From Narcine bancroftii (lineage: Eukaryota), in contig NC_091476.1 in NCBI RefSeq assembly GCF_036971445.1, positions 141,918,001 to 141,982,000 on the forward strand: a DNA stretch of 64,000 bases. The letters run 5' to 3'. Positions within the stretch are counted from its first letter, which is position 1. The number at the start of each line of letters is the position of its first letter. The notes under the pieces are model-generated. The model did no database searches. It was given only the letters and a program-made list of their open reading frames with translations, and was not told the origin of the DNA. Positions 12,530 to 25,109 of this stretch are shown piece by piece. The position numbers and the translations under genes were made by a program.

Positions 12530-12710
12530 TTTAAATTTAACTTTAGATATATACAGCTCAGTATATATCTGGCCCACGAGCCCATGCCACCCAAGTGCAC
12601 CCAGTTAACCTACAACCCCAGTACATTTTTAAAGGGTGGGAGAAAACCGGAGAACCCGGAGGAAACCCATACAAACACAAGGAGAACATACAAACTCCAT
12701 ACAGCCAGCA
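12530..12710 (-). mobile_element. V-SINE/HE1-like tRNA SINE (head truncated)
   Basis: AAACCGGAGAACCCGGAGGAAACCCA..GGAGAACATACAAACTCC is the reverse V-domain core; (TTTAAA)n tail. Confidence 0.8.
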
Positions 12711-13304
12711 GTTTTTGCTTCTTTGTGATTACAATGTTGACAGCACATACTTCTTTTACTGTGAAGTACTTTGGACCACCCTGAAAAAAAGATAAAAGTT
12801 ACATGAAAATGCAGTTTTTAAAAAATGATTTGCATTGTTTCTGTGGATTCCAGTAAAGAAAACCAGCTACCAACTCAAAGTCCCAAACCGATCCCCTGAT
12901 CCTTCCATTACCAACATTCCAAATTAATGTGCTCAGCGATGTAAGGTATTGCCTCTGGACATTGCTTTTCTTTAATATATTTCTGCACTAATTGCCACAT
13001 ACCTTACAAATCTAGAAATGATCATCCCAGATTGTTCCTAATGGGGTGAGGACCTGACTGTCAAAATGAATCCAATCCCGAGGTGGCAGTATCAGGTTTT
13101 GTGAGGCATGACCTTTAATGGATGTCAGTGTGAGGAACCTTGATGTTATTGACAGAAAACTGATTGGGGACTGAAAGAATGTCCCTCAAAAAATTAAAAG
13201 GAGTTTGTATTTTTACTGGATAAAGCAATAAGAATCCAAGGTATAAATTGCATTTGCCTGTTCGCATCTGTTCACTTGCTTGCTGTGTTCCATGTATATT
13301 GCTT

Positions 13305-13475
13305 GAAATGTGAACGTCTGCAGATACTGTAGTAAAAGCACTCCTAAATGCTGGAGGAATTCAACTTATTCCTTGAAGAAGGGGTCAGGCCCGAAACGTC
13401 CTCAATATATATCTTTGTCTCCTATAGAAGCTGAAAGACCAGCTGAGTTCCTCCAGCATTTCAGTACATTGCTTG
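13305..13475. mobile_element. Penelope-like inverted pLTR pair
   Basis: AAATGCTGGAGGAATTCA (13346) is inverted to TGAGTTCCTCCAGCATTT (13444), enclosing a hammerhead-like motif. Confidence 0.75.
13368..13403 (+). ncRNA. Minimal type-I hammerhead ribozyme-like motif (best-preserved core)
   Basis: ATTCC-TTGAAGA-A-GGGGTCAGGCCC-GAAA-CGTC: intact GAAACGUC with palindromic ACGU stem III; the 3' side of stem I is mutated. Confidence 0.55.
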
Positions 13476-14125
13476 CTTTTTTTTCCTGTTGAAGTACTAA
13501 GAAAGTCTGATGTGAAAACACAAGCTTCAGTTTAATTTAGCTTTAACCACAAGAAAATTACAAAAAATAGTATCAGCAGTAATGCCTTGTGGGGATGGGT
13601 GTGGGCTGGGCTGTGGAAACGTGGTGCAAAGTTCAGTAAACACTCTGTACTTGGAAAGAAGCTCAGACTATAGGCAATAAATATTAAAGGGGATTTAGAT
13701 CTGTGTTGTAACAGCTGCATGGTTGGAGTGGCAGTGTATCTCTCCAGTTTTACTGACCTATTTCCATTCGCAATGCCAATAGTATCTTAGCAACTAGAAC
13801 AGTCCCTACAGGGGAAAAAACAGACTAGCTGCTGTTCACATATGAGTGCTGTTCCATGGTTTTATCAAGGTTAATGCTTATTCAGTAGGGATATGCAAAA
13901 GCATTTCTCGAGGAGTATCCTGTACTGCTAATGTTCGGGCATTTCTTAAAGTGGAGTCATTCTCCTCGTGTCCTGTTCATTCCTTTGGACAGAGGCATTG
14001 CTTGGATTTTGTCTCCTGGTTCCGTGCCCCTGCGCGATGCTTCCTCGTGGTGCTGTGGAAATCATTTGGCTGCAGTTCTTCACCCACTCGATGAAAGCTT
14101 ACGGACTGGCAAGTGCAGTTCCTCT

Positions 14126-14203
14126 ATGAGATCACGGCTCAGAGGAAGCTCTCTTCGCAAAATATTAGTCCTTATGCCGAGACTCTGCAAGATGATGCTT
14201 CTG
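14126..14203 (+). CDS. Candidate coding exon segment of an unidentified host gene (MRSRLRGSSLRKILVLMPRLCKMMLL)
   Basis: ATG at 14126, open to a good donor CTG|GTAAGA at 14203/14204, in a TE-free, CpG-retaining island. No homology recognised. Confidence 0.2.
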
Positions 14204-15637
14204 GTAAGATCTTTAAAACAGAATCTGGGGGTGGGGAAAGTGGGTGGAAGGAGCTCGAATGTTGTTGAGTGCTTTGCTAAATCGTCCACGGAAAGTGAAA
14301 CACCGGCAGGTTTTAATCTTCACCCTGAAACCTCTGCGTCCACATGACTTGGCAGCAAACTGCTTCCTCGACCGAAGTGAACATCATTCAGCCGGGTGTT
14401 TGTTTATGTTTCTGCTTAATATTTGAATTCTGACTGGAGGAGCTGATTTCCCTTTGAGCACTTTGACCTATGTTGCCATGGAGAAAAGATCCAAAGCAGA
14501 GCTGTGATGTCAGAGGGATAAAAGCTGCATTTACAGAATATTGATTGAATGGCTGTATACTGTACCTTGGAAATAATAAGCCAAGCGTCTAGACTTGGGG
14601 AAATTGAGTTTGATGCGCCATTATTTAGTGTGACGTACCTGGAGAATTTTCGGTGTAATTTGTCCTTACTTGTCGAGCCTGTGTGTTTTATCTTTCACTC
14701 GGGGTGTGTGTTTGGGGGTGGGGGGGTTGGAGAGAGCTTCTTATATTATGCTGGTTTGTGCATTGATCCTGGCTTCCAGGTTTACTTGATCTTTGGGGGG
14801 TCAAACTCAAGGGTCTGGGCACCTCTTGGTGGATTCTGTATGCTGATGAACATTAGAATCAAATCTCTGCAAGCCCCCTGAAAGCAAAATGATTTTGTTT
14901 AAATCAAAATGGTTTTGCATTCAATGCACACAACCCTGTTTCCTCTTGACAGGAAAATGGGACATATCTCAGAGTAGATAATATACCACGGCGGCAAGGT
15001 ATTTGTCTGCAAGAAAGTATCAGTGTCACCATTTTTCTTCCTGAAACCTCCCAAGTGTGTGGAAACTTTGAACCTGCTAGGAATACAATATTAAGTCAGC
15101 CCACTATTAGAATTGCACAGAAAATGTTCTATTAGTTGGGATTAAGTTGTCTGGGAAAAGAGGGGACTGGATTAAAAGATGGGGAATGATGTTTGTTTTT
15201 CAGAGGATGACCACTATCGGGAAGTCTTCGCACCTCATAAGTAGGCCAAGTTGTGTTGTTATTGCTGCACTACAGTGGAAGATAATCAGTGTCATTGTTT
15301 GAGTCTGCCCTACTTCTTTCAAGTACCTTGAAGCACACAAGGTACCTCATTTCTGCTTCTCTCCCACTTAGTACAGTCCGATTGACAGTCCCCGTGATTC
15401 ATCTTGCAAGATGGCAACTACTCGCTTTCACACGGTGGCATGAATATGGCAAAAGGCATTGAACCAAAGAGTTATCAAGCACAGCTTGTGGCTGACTTAC
15501 TTTTGGGGAAGGAGAGATATTATTCTTCCTTTTGCTATCATCCCTGTCTGGTCTCCCTTTCCCAGGGCTACAAACCTTCAGGATCTCAACACTGCTCAAA
15601 TTCTGTCCACTTGCTCATCCCCAAATGTTCCACTCAG

Positions 15638-15950
15638 CATCAGAATCAGAATTTATTGTCATGAACATGTCATGAAATTGGTTGTTTTGTGGCAGCGTCA
15701 CAAGTGCAGGCATTTCCGTAAAAAGCATTTAAAAACATATATAAATTAATACAAAAAGAAGAGAAAGTGAGGTAGTGTTTACAGTTCATTGACCATTCAG
15801 AAATCTGATGGTGGAGGGGAAGAAACTGTTTTTGTACCATTGGGTGTTCGTCTTCAGGCTCCTCCAGTGTCTCCTTCCAAATGGTAGCAGTGAGAAGACG
15901 GCATGGCCTGGATGGTGAGGGTTCTTGAGGGATAGTCTTATGCTGCATGT
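15638..15950 (-). mobile_element. Rex1/Babar-like LINE 3' fragment
   Basis: (CAGAAT)n tail, TTTATTGTCATGAAC, and a decayed C-terminal coding remnant of the family. Confidence 0.75.
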
Positions 15951-16202
15951 GCCATCTTCTCCTTCAACCTTTCCAAGTCTATTTCCTCGTTGACTATGCT
16001 CTGTCCAAGCCTATGGTCGTCTCTCCAACATGTGACCCGATCTCTAATTTATTCTGAAATGCTCCTCTGAAATGTCCTGAGGGATAGAAATGCAAGTTGG
16101 CATTGTTGCATCTAATGGATGAGGAGGAGTTGAGGAAGTTTGGTCCCAGATAGCTGAGAGAGCAGCTTTAACAGGGGGAATGATTCACATCAGGGGAGAT
16201 TA

Positions 16203-17270
16203 AGAGTGAAACACAAACCTCTGCAGCCACTGTGATTGTAGTCAAAACACAGAAATACTTAAGGACCTCAGCAGGTTTCACAGCGTCCATAGGAGGTAAA
16301 GATATATTACTAATATTTCGGGTTTCGTGGCTTCCCTTTCACCACTATCAACTCAGCCCTCACCCGTATATCCTCCCCCTCTGCCCCCAGATGCAAAAAA
16401 CATAGAATCTCCCTCATGCTCACCTACCAGCCCACCAGCCTCTGCATCTAACACATTATCTACTAGAATTTCCGACACTGACTACAGAATCTCACCACCA
16501 GACATGTTTTATTCTCCTCCCCTCTGCAGGGAAAGCTCCCTCTGTGATTCCCTTGGGCACTCAACCCTCCCCAACCATCGCACCCCCAGAATCTTCCCTT
16601 TGCCCGGAAGATGTGCAACACTTATCCTCCCTCACCATGGTCTGGGGCCCCAAATAGACCTTTCAAGTGAAGCACACTTCACTTGTGCACCCAGATGACT
16701 TGTTTACAGCATCTGGTGCTCCCTTTGTGGCATTCTCTCCATCAGAGAGAGACTGGTTGCAGACTGGGAGATCACTTCACTCAGCACCTCTGCTCTGTTT
16801 GCAACTACAGCGACCTCCCAGTAGCCAACCATTTCAATTCTGGGTCACACTCGCTTACATGTCTGACAATGGCCTTGTGTACTATTCCACCCTGACCACC
16901 CACAGATTGAAGGAACAACACCTTATTTTGTGTCTGAGCACTCTCTAGCCAAATGGCAAGAATATTGACTTGATTGCTTTTCATGAAACTTGCTTGCCTT
17001 TTCTTTCCCCTACTCCTTTCCTGTCTTTCCAGTTCTTCCGCTCACCCAGCCATCCCTCCTCCCCCTCATTGCAGCTGTCCCCTCCCTCCTTTCTCCACCC
17101 TATCATCTCCTGTATTTTCCACCCTCTCTTTCCCTCCACCCCCACTCTTTTATTCAAACTCTTGCTGGCTTTTTCTCGTACCTTGATGAAGGGCTCAAGC
17201 CCAAAACATCAGTTGTGTATCTTAACTGTTGATACATAAAGGATACTGACTTGCTGAGTTGTATTTTTAC
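16203..17270 (+). mobile_element. Penelope-like element 3' part: inverted pLTR (16203-16325), GIY-YIG remnant, pyrimidine tract, pLTR
   Basis: Across frames: HFTC..IWCS.CG..ETGCRLGDHFTQHL..PVANHFNS..HRLKEQHLILCLSTL*PNG, typical of a PLE GIY-YIG C-terminus; hammerhead-like motif at 17177-17217. Confidence 0.85.
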
Positions 17271-17575
17271 AAAAATTTCAGGCCTGAGCCCTTCCTCAAG
17301 GTATGAGTGATAAAAGACAGGTGCCTGAATTAAAGGCTGAGGGAAGAATGGGAGGGGGAGGAGTCCAGACCAACAAACAAAAGGCGTTGATTGGATATGA
17401 TAAGAGAGCAGGAGATAAATGATTTTGGTTCCGTGAAAGGAGAGAGAGGGAAAGGGAGGGGGAGAGAGAGAGTGAGAGAGAATGACAGAACCAAGGAAAG
17501 GGGACCGAAGGTGGGTGGGGAGGTGTTCTAATGGAAACCAGACAAGTCGATGTCAATGCCATCCTGTTTGTGGGT
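17271..17575 (-). mobile_element. Penelope-like 3' fragment in opposite orientation
   Basis: Reverse CATACCTTGAGGAAGGGCTCAGGCCTGAAA, purine tract, and reverse GGATGGCATTGACATCGAC (P.G.NID end of the ORF); homologous to 62400-62955. Confidence 0.8.
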
Positions 17576-18859
17576 GAAGATTAAGAGTGCAGAACTGGGG
17601 GGGAGGGGGGAACAATAGAATCAGCTGAGAGTGGGATATTTGTGGTCAGATACAGAGATCATTGAGTGTTTGGAAAGGTGAGGATGCTCCAGATGTGGAG
17701 CAAATGAAGACAGACAGACCTTGAATTAAACAGGACCAGGTGGTGTTGGGATGCGGCCAGTGGAGTTTGGGATATCCTCGAGTTTAGAGAGAGCTGTTGG
17801 ATCAAAGTGCCTCTGATGCAGGCAGATCCATGTGAGGCAGGTTCAGGTGATTTACAGAGGTGAAGCTCCATAGGCTGAGGATGGGTTGGTGATTGAAAGC
17901 TCATCCTGAGCTGGAGGTGACACTAACGTTGTGAACCATCTGCTACAGTTTCAGTCAGTTGCCAGGGAATTGCACTGAATTTGCAGTTGGATAAAGGGGA
18001 AAGGGGGGAATCTCAAGGCCAGCAAGCTCACCAGTGAGATGGAAAATTACATGCACTGCTTTTTATAGTGTGTTTGCCGCTCCTTCTTTCTGATCAACAG
18101 CCTGATCCGATATCAGAGCACCAGATCACCAGCCTGCCAAAATCCTCCTCCATCCCTGAAATGTTAGATTGATTATTTTCCATGTGGTGTTAGATGAGAA
18201 AAAGTTTCAACTAGCCAAGAAACAGGAAGACGGATTGCCCTGGAAATTTGTTAAGACAACTGCAATAAAAATGAACCCTCTGTTGCTCAGTTGTTAAAGT
18301 GGGTTAACCTGCAGGAGAGTAATTCTACACAGATTTTTGGATGCTTTCACGAAGCAGGAAGTAGAAGTTGCTGCCAGCTATCCTCTTGTCTACAGTTGGG
18401 TGGGTAAGCACAGAGCCAGACGAATAGAATCCAACCCAGCTTGATGTTAGTGGGCAGAGATTTATAGAGAACAGCGTGGCCAATAGGCGCAGGCCACAGG
18501 GAGGCACACAGAATAGCTGTCCCTTTCATATAGTGGATTGACTGATGGCTGTGTTAACACCAGAGCATAGGTTGATCAGTCATAGAGAGCACAAGGTTCA
18601 ACATGGGCTTTGAGAGGATTTTGGGGTGGAAGGGAAGTTGGATGTGGGCTTGCAGTGTGTAAAGACATTGAGGTCAAATGTCCGATCTTTTTAGTGAGAA
18701 GATTTGGAGAGAGGGACTGTACCCCAGGGAGAAGAAGCGGTGGGCATTATCTTTGAAAGAGTAGGGGCAGTTGAGAAACTGGGAATCGAGCCAAGGGAGC
18801 TCGAGATGTTCCATGACCTAGATATTCTCAGAGGGCAAATGAGGAAATGCTGTGGATAG

Positions 18860-19210
18860 AGATTGCCCAGAAACAGCTCTTTGGCCCAACGAGACTGTGC
18901 CAACCATCAACCACCCATTTGCACTAATTCTTCAAGATTCCTTTTTTTAATATACTTTCCACATTATCGTCAAACCCCTCCCTTCACGCAACCCGGATTC
19001 CACCACTCATCTACACACTGGGGGAAATTTACAGTGACCAATCAGTCCACAGACCTGCATGTCTTTGGGATGTGGGAGGAAAGTAGAAGACCCTGAGGAA
19101 ACCCATGAGATCACAGAGAGGACAGGCAACTCCAAAGATTAGGATTGAACCCGGGACTCTTGAGGTTTGAGGTATCACCTCTCCTCATGGTATCACTGTG
19201 CTGTCCCAGT
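18860..19210 (-). mobile_element. Old V-SINE-like element
   Basis: GGGATGTGGGAGGAAA..GAGGAAACCCA..CAACTCC..GGATTGAACCCGGGACTC (reverse V-domain and B box). Confidence 0.6.
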
Positions 19211-19347
19211 GAAATAAAGAGCCTGGAGCTAAAGAGGGGCTCACATACAGGTTGAAAGCAGCAGAGGTAACAGAGGTGAGATGATGAGAGTTTATTGTCA
19301 TATACATGTACAATGTGCTGATGATCTGAAATTCTTACTTGGTGCAT

Positions 19348-20160
19348 AAGATTCAATTTACTGTCATGTAATAAAACAATGTCATATTACACAAAATTGT
19401 CTTTTGCCTGCTGCAAGACAGACATATTTGCCATTGGTAGAAATTACCTGAAGCACCTTTTTACAGTCAGAGAACGAGAAGCAAAAGAGAGACCCCCTAG
19501 AGTCACTGAGTTTCCATGGATTCATTTCCAGCGCTCTTGCAGACTCCATAGCCACACACACAGTCCAGTCCAAACCATCAGCAACCCGCGAACCAGATCC
19601 GAACCTCTGATACCCCTCAGCGCCCTAGGCATCGTCTCGCAGCACGGTTCCAATACCAAAGGTACAGAAGGTACCCCTTCTGCCAGTTTCGATTCAGTCT
19701 CCAGCAGTCCACAGCCTGGTGCGAGTCCTTTGACCGCAGCCTCCAGCAGCCCACAGATGCTGGGGTTCCTCTCCTCAAGTCATACTGCTGCCTGTTTGTT
19801 CCTCAGCTTCAGAGCCCCTCAATGGTCCGCCGCCATGGTCATTGTCTCGTGGGTTGTCTACTCTGCTTAACCTTTTCAGACGCAGTGCGGCCGTGTTCTC
19901 TCCATTTTCTGATGCCCTGCATCAGTCCTCCACTTCCCCGGAGTCTGCAAACCCCGTGGTCGCAGGATTTTAAATAAACCACATTGGCTCCGTTAACAAG
20001 CTGTTCAAAGCCTGTACTGAGCCAACAGCAGTTGAACTGGGGGTTGGACCCCGCGGGAACACTGTATCTCCACTTCCTGTGGGTTCGCAACAGCGGCATT
20101 GCTGCCATTTCAGCTCTGACAGTGCCACCATTTCTTTTGCAACAATGTAAATTAAGTACC
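19348..20160 (-). mobile_element. Non-coding GC-rich retroposon family, copy 1
   Basis: Colinear with 22371-23240 (TGTCATGTAATAAAACA, GAAGCAAAAGAGAG, GGAGTCTGCA, AGCCAACAGCAGT); reverse strand ends in a GAATCTT tail. Confidence 0.7.
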
Positions 20161-20217
20161 ACAATATTGCCATGAGACAGAAAAAGAGAGAATAAATATA
20201 AAAGGATTGATGGATAG

Positions 20218-20468
20218 GGAGGCAGGGTTAGTGTAGTGGTTAGTGCAACGCTGATACAGCACCAGCAATCGGGACCCGGGTTCGAATCTGGCGCTGTCTG
20301 TAAGGAGTCTGCATGTTCTCCCCATGACTGCGTGGGTTTTTTATCAAGGGCTCTGGTTTCCTCCCACCCTTCAAAATATACCTGGGGCTGTAGGTCAATT
20401 GGGTGTAATTGGGTGGCATGGGCTCGTGGGCTGGGAGGGCCTGTTAGCGTGCTGTATGTATGTCTAAG
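20218..20468 (+). mobile_element. Full-length V-SINE/HE1-like tRNA-derived SINE
   Basis: A box TAGTGTAGTGG, B box GGGTTCGAATC, V domain GGAGTCTGCATGTTCTCCCC..TGCGTGGGTT..GGTTTCCTCCCAC, and a CR1-like tail GGGCCTGTT..GTGCTGTA. Confidence 0.9.
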
Positions 20469-20539
20469 TATTCACAGTTGCAGTTAGTTAAAAAAAAAAT
20501 GTGACTTTTCAAAATGCAGACAAATCTTTTGTTGGTCCC

Positions 20540-20980
20540 AGGGAGGTTTATTGTTAGGGTTAGAGTTTTACAGGGAAGTTCAAGATCCTGATTGTTGCTG
20601 GACAAACTGTTCTTGTACCTGGAGATGCTGGTCATCAGGCTTCTGTTCCTTCTGCTTGAAGGTAGCAGTGAAAAGAGGATGCGATCAGGGCAATGGACTC
20701 CTTTGGGATGCTGGCTGCCTGCTTCAGATAGCGCCTCATGTCGGTGTCTTCGACGGATGGGAGGTCGGAGCCCGTGATGGGCTTGGCGTGGTTTACCACT
20801 TTCTGCAGCCTTCTACGTTCCAGGGCATTTGAGTTTCCAAATCAGGCATGACTGCAACCAGTCAGTATACTTTCCATAATGCACCTATAGAAGTTGGATA
20901 GAGTGTTCAACGACGGGTCAAATCTCCTCAGACGTCCTGGAAAGTAGAAGCATTACTGTGTCCTCTTCACAATTACTTCA
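20540..20980 (-). mobile_element. Rex1/Babar-like LINE fragment
   Basis: Reverse-strand remnant of the ILTGC.....GN....RRLQKVV C-terminal region. Confidence 0.65.
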
Positions 20981-22062
20981 ACGAGGGTGCAAAGTTCATT
21001 GAAGGCAATGGATGTGTGGATGAGGTGGTTAGAGGGGAGGATCCGTGGCATTAGCATGGAGCAGTGGAATATCCAAGCATCCCAAGATAGCCATGGAAAA
21101 GTGAGAAATTTGGACAGGTCTGATCAGATGTGAGCAGATAGATTAGGACAGGGAATAAGGAGGTATCCTCTTGGAAACCTCTTTCCCACAACCTGCCCTC
21201 CTCCTTGCTGAAGGACAGCAACTTGGTGGCTTGACTTCAAATGGTGGAGGATTTGCACATGGTGTTGGCAGGGGTACGTGTCAGCTCCTGGCTGGACGTT
21301 CCTGGGATGGAAACCCTTGATACATTTTACACAAGAATCAATTGGATTGCTGCTGGATTGATGAGTCTTTACTCCAGGAGTTAACAGAAGGCTGCCAGGG
21401 TTCATCATTCTTTGGCGACGAAAAGGAATCAGCGAACAAGGTTCATTTCTTAGTCCAGCCTCCACTAATATTTGCTGCATCCCTATTGGCTGGCTTGGAT
21501 ATTTCTGCACTCCTGGGCAGTGAATAGTTTTTATTCATGCAAGGGATGATGCGTGGCTGACTGATAGTGAAGGGGTTGATTGAAGTCCTGTCACTGGGAA
21601 GCTGAAGTGGCAAATAAAATTGTGAGCATTGGATCAGTACAAAGTGTTAGAGTTAAAAGTTTCTATTTAACTTTCGTACGAGAGGGTTAAAAAAAAAACA
21701 GATTTTAAAGTGGCCAACAGAGGGTTTATTGAGATGAACATTTATTCAGAGGATAGGTAGTGGTCGCAAACTCACTACCTGAAAGGATGGGAGAGCCAGG
21801 AGCTCTCCTAACATTTAAAAAGTGCCTGTATGTGCACTTGAAGAACCAAAGGGCTGGCAAGTGGTATTAAGTACAGGCATGATGGCCTAAATGGCTTCCT
21901 TTGGAGTACATTTCTAAACATGCAAAGGGCAGATGGGATGTAAATGGAGGAGGGAATTAATTGGTCACCGATCTGACGCTTGTTTCTCCAGACTGTGTTG
22001 CATTGGGTCATCCATTCAAAGGCTAACTTCAATAAGTAGTTGGCTATGGATTTGTTTATTTC

Positions 22063-22370
22063 ATGGCTGGTTGCATCAGTGCCTGGTATGGAAGCACCAA
22101 CTCTCAGGATAACAATAAGCTCCAGAGGGTTGTTAACTCGGCCTGTGACATCACACACACCAGACTTCACTCCATCGAGGACATCAACATGAGGCGGTGT
22201 CATAAAAAAAGCAGTCTTTATCCTCAGACTCCCACCTCCCAGGCCATGTCCTCTTCACTCTGCTACCATTGGGGAGAAAGATATAGGAGCCTAAAGATGA
22301 GAACTCAACAGCACAAGGGCAGCTTCTTCCCGCTGCCATCAGATTCCTGAAAAATCAATGAACCAAGATT
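22063..22370 (+). mobile_element. Rex1/Babar-like LINE 3' fragment (resumes at ~23241-23275)
   Basis: ORF 22063-22350: GCISAWYG..KLQRVVNSA..RYRSLK..SFFP. Confidence 0.85.
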
Positions 22371-23240
22371 TAAGATTAAATTTATTATCATAGTAATAAA
22401 AACAGTGTCGTATTACATGAAATTTCTTTTCCCTGCTGCAAGGCACAGATTCGCCACCGGCAGGAATTACCTAAGCATCTCTTACAGTCTTACAGTCAGA
22501 CAGAGAGAAGGAAAAGAGAGCTTCCCCACCCGCCCCCCACCCGCCCCAGAGACACTGAGTGTCCGTAGGTTCATCTCTAGCACTCCCGCAGCCTCCACAG
22601 CCAGAGTCTGGTCCAAGCCACTGGCAACCTAATCTCCAGGTCCCAACCTCTGACACGGTCAGGAACCCTTCAACGGCCTTGGTACCTCCTCGCATCCCAG
22701 TTACAATACCTGGTGCCCTTCCAGCCAGTTCGAGCCAGTCTCCAGCAGCCTGCAGCCCGACGCGAGTCTCCCGATAGCAGTGTCCAGCAGCTCACAACTT
22801 CCATGGGATCCTTACCTCGAGTCGCCAGCAGTCCGCCTCATGCACTGGTCCCTCAGCCGCAAAGCCCCCTCACTGGTCCGCCGCTATTGTTGTCACCGTC
22901 CGTGCAGGTCATCTCTTCCACTTCTCCCTCTCGGCGGGGTGGGGGGGGGGGGAGTCATCTTCCCATCCTCTGGTGCCCTGCTCCAGTCCTCCACTTCCCT
23001 GGAGTCTGCAGGCCCTTGTGGCCGCTGCCGATTAATAGGCACCGCCATCTTGTGCGCAGACCCACGGTCGCGAGTTTTCAAATAAAACCACCGTCAGGTC
23101 CCTTAATGGGCCATTTAAAGCCTGTGCAGAGCCAACAGCAGTCAACCGGGCGGTTGAACCCTGTAGGGGCTCTGCATCTCCGCTCCCCAAGGGTCCGCAC
23201 CAGCGGCAGCGCCACCACTACAGCAACTCCGGCAATGCCG
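22371..23240 (-). mobile_element. Non-coding GC-rich retroposon family, copy 2, inserted in a Rex1 3' UTR
   Basis: Host AACCAA(A)GA|CACTG is split with CCAA(A)GA duplicated; contains YY1 motif CAAGATGGCGG (reverse of 23042-23052); homologous to 19348-20160. Confidence 0.75.
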
Positions 23241-23354
23241 CCAAAGACACTGACTTACTTTTCATGCACTGTTGTGTATAAATAATAAAGCAGGTCTAAA
23301 TTGACTATAGGTCCAAGCACGTGCTGGAAGTGACCAATGCAGAACAAGTGGTAA

Positions 23355-23720
23355 AATTAAAAACACAATGTTGGAGAAACTCAGCTGGTCAAACAGTGTA
23401 GCAAAGATAAAGATACATAAGCAACATTTTGGGCTTGACCCCTTCGTCAAGGTATGAACAATGTCGGCAGGCAATTGAACGAAATGGTAAAGGGTGGGGC
23501 AGGGGTAGGAGCGCAGACCCACAGGCAGGAAGTAATAGATGGATGAGGGAGGGAGAGCACAGCAGCAGGCAGGGAGAAGGATGGATGGCTCTTGGAACGG
23601 AGAGTGAAGGGAGTAGAGAGCTGGAGGAAAGGAGGCAGAGGGATAGGGAAGAGAAGGAGAATGGAGAGTGATCGATCAGAAACCGGAAAGGTTGGTAATC
23701 ACATTGGAGGAACTCGAGAA
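23355..23720 (-). mobile_element. Penelope-like pLTR and purine tract
   Basis: Reverse CATACCTTGACGAAGGGGTCAAGCCCAAAATGTTG (23416-23456); homologous to 48800-49100. Confidence 0.8.
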
Positions 23721-24819
23721 CTAAGGTTCGGTCGATGGCCAGTTCTTCACTCTCCCTGCTGGAATCCTGGGAGATAAGTGGGAATGCGGAAGGAGAGCTA
23801 ACGGTATTCCCGCTCCTGATGTTCAGTGATCTGTCCTTGGAGATGGTTGTACTTGTTAGTTTAAGACAGGATCTATCTTTCCGGACAGGCCACCACCACT
23901 TCCCTCCCCCCACCCAACCCACAAGTTCTATTTTTATAGCTGCTACACTCTCTGTGAGGTCACATCTACCGGGATGACAGTTACAGGGGGTGGAGTTGCA
24001 AAGTGATGGTGCCAGAGGGAGGGGTGGGGGTGGTGAAGTGTGGTGGCAGGGCTGATGGAATAACACCCCTTTGCATTAATGAATAATTGGCATCAGAGGG
24101 CAATATTTTGCTAAGATTAATGTCACTTACTAAAAGATGATACATCTTGCACATTATTGCTCCCTAAGCAATGAAAATCTTCTAGGTTAAAATAAATTTA
24201 GCTCTGAGATCTTCCAAAACTAATATTGACTGTTTCTGAGCCTGTGATTGGGATTGTCCCTTGGGTTGCTGGAGGGACTCTAATAAATGTGCACCATTAT
24301 CATTCAGATTCTGAGGCAATTCAATTTTCTACAGTCACTTCTCTCAGCTGAGTATTTTTCTGCTCAGCTGTTTGGGTTCCTGTGAATGGAGATGCAATAA
24401 GAGTTTAGCTAGCTGGTTTATGACCAGCAATTGTGCAGTGCTCTTTCCAAAAGGGCCCCACCTTTTACAATCTCACAGCCACCCACTGTCCCAGTTGCCG
24501 TTGGTTGATCCGCAGGCAACTTCCTGAAGTAAACTTAGAACAGCTCTATTCGTTAACGCCTCCAAAGTTAACACTGTATTTACCTGCATGGTTGAGTTCT
24601 GTACAACTGCCAGCGCAAGCACTGATATCACAATGGTGCCTCAGTTAGGATGAGAACAGTCCAGCACAGAAAAGGCTCTTCAGCCCATCATGCTTGTGCT
24701 GACCATGATGCCAAACTAAATGAATCCCATCTTCCTGCTTATGCTCTGTAGCCCTCTCTTCCTTGCCTATTCATGCATAAGAGCTAACTCTGATTTTCCA
24801 CCCTGCAGACTCCTCCAAG

Positions 24820-24990
24820 GTTAGTACAGTGGTGTAATGATTCGATTACCTGACCTGTAATCCCACTGTGGAAGCAAATCTGGCTCCCTATGGCTCCAGA
24901 TTAACCAGGTATCGTGGTGGGTTATAAAAGACTGCCCTCTGAAATGGCCCAGTATGCCACTTTATTCAGAATAGTCGTGATGTAACCCAT
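24820..24990 (+). mobile_element. Ancient tRNA-SINE remnant
   Basis: A-box-like TAGTACAGTGG and GACTGCCCTCTGAAATGGCC..GCCACT block; strongly decayed. Confidence 0.35.
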
Positions 24991-25109
24991 CATAGCCAGA
25001 TCCTGAGAAGGAAGTCATTTGGTCCATGGATATTTTCTCCCCTCTCCCCTCACCTGTCACCAAGTAATTGCCTTCTCTCTGTACTTTTAGCTCTTTGGCC
25101 AGCAGCTGT

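Noticed and set aside
13846-14203. In-frame TGA at 14092-14094 between ORF 13846-14094 and an open stretch to the 14203 donor (possible selenocysteine or readthrough)
   Set aside because: No selenoprotein similarity and no SECIS recognisable; a single stop between short frames is expected by chance.
20218-20300. tRNA-like A/B boxes
   Set aside because: Head of a V-SINE; no complete cloverleaf, and it continues into SINE body and tail.
22713-23285. 190-aa Pro/Ser-rich ORF, and the 163-aa ORF at 19379-19870
   Set aside because: Both lie antisense in GC-rich repeat copies and the frame is not shared between copies.
23389-24066. 225-aa minus-strand ORF
   Set aside because: Runs through low-complexity sequence and a Penelope pLTR; no domain motif.
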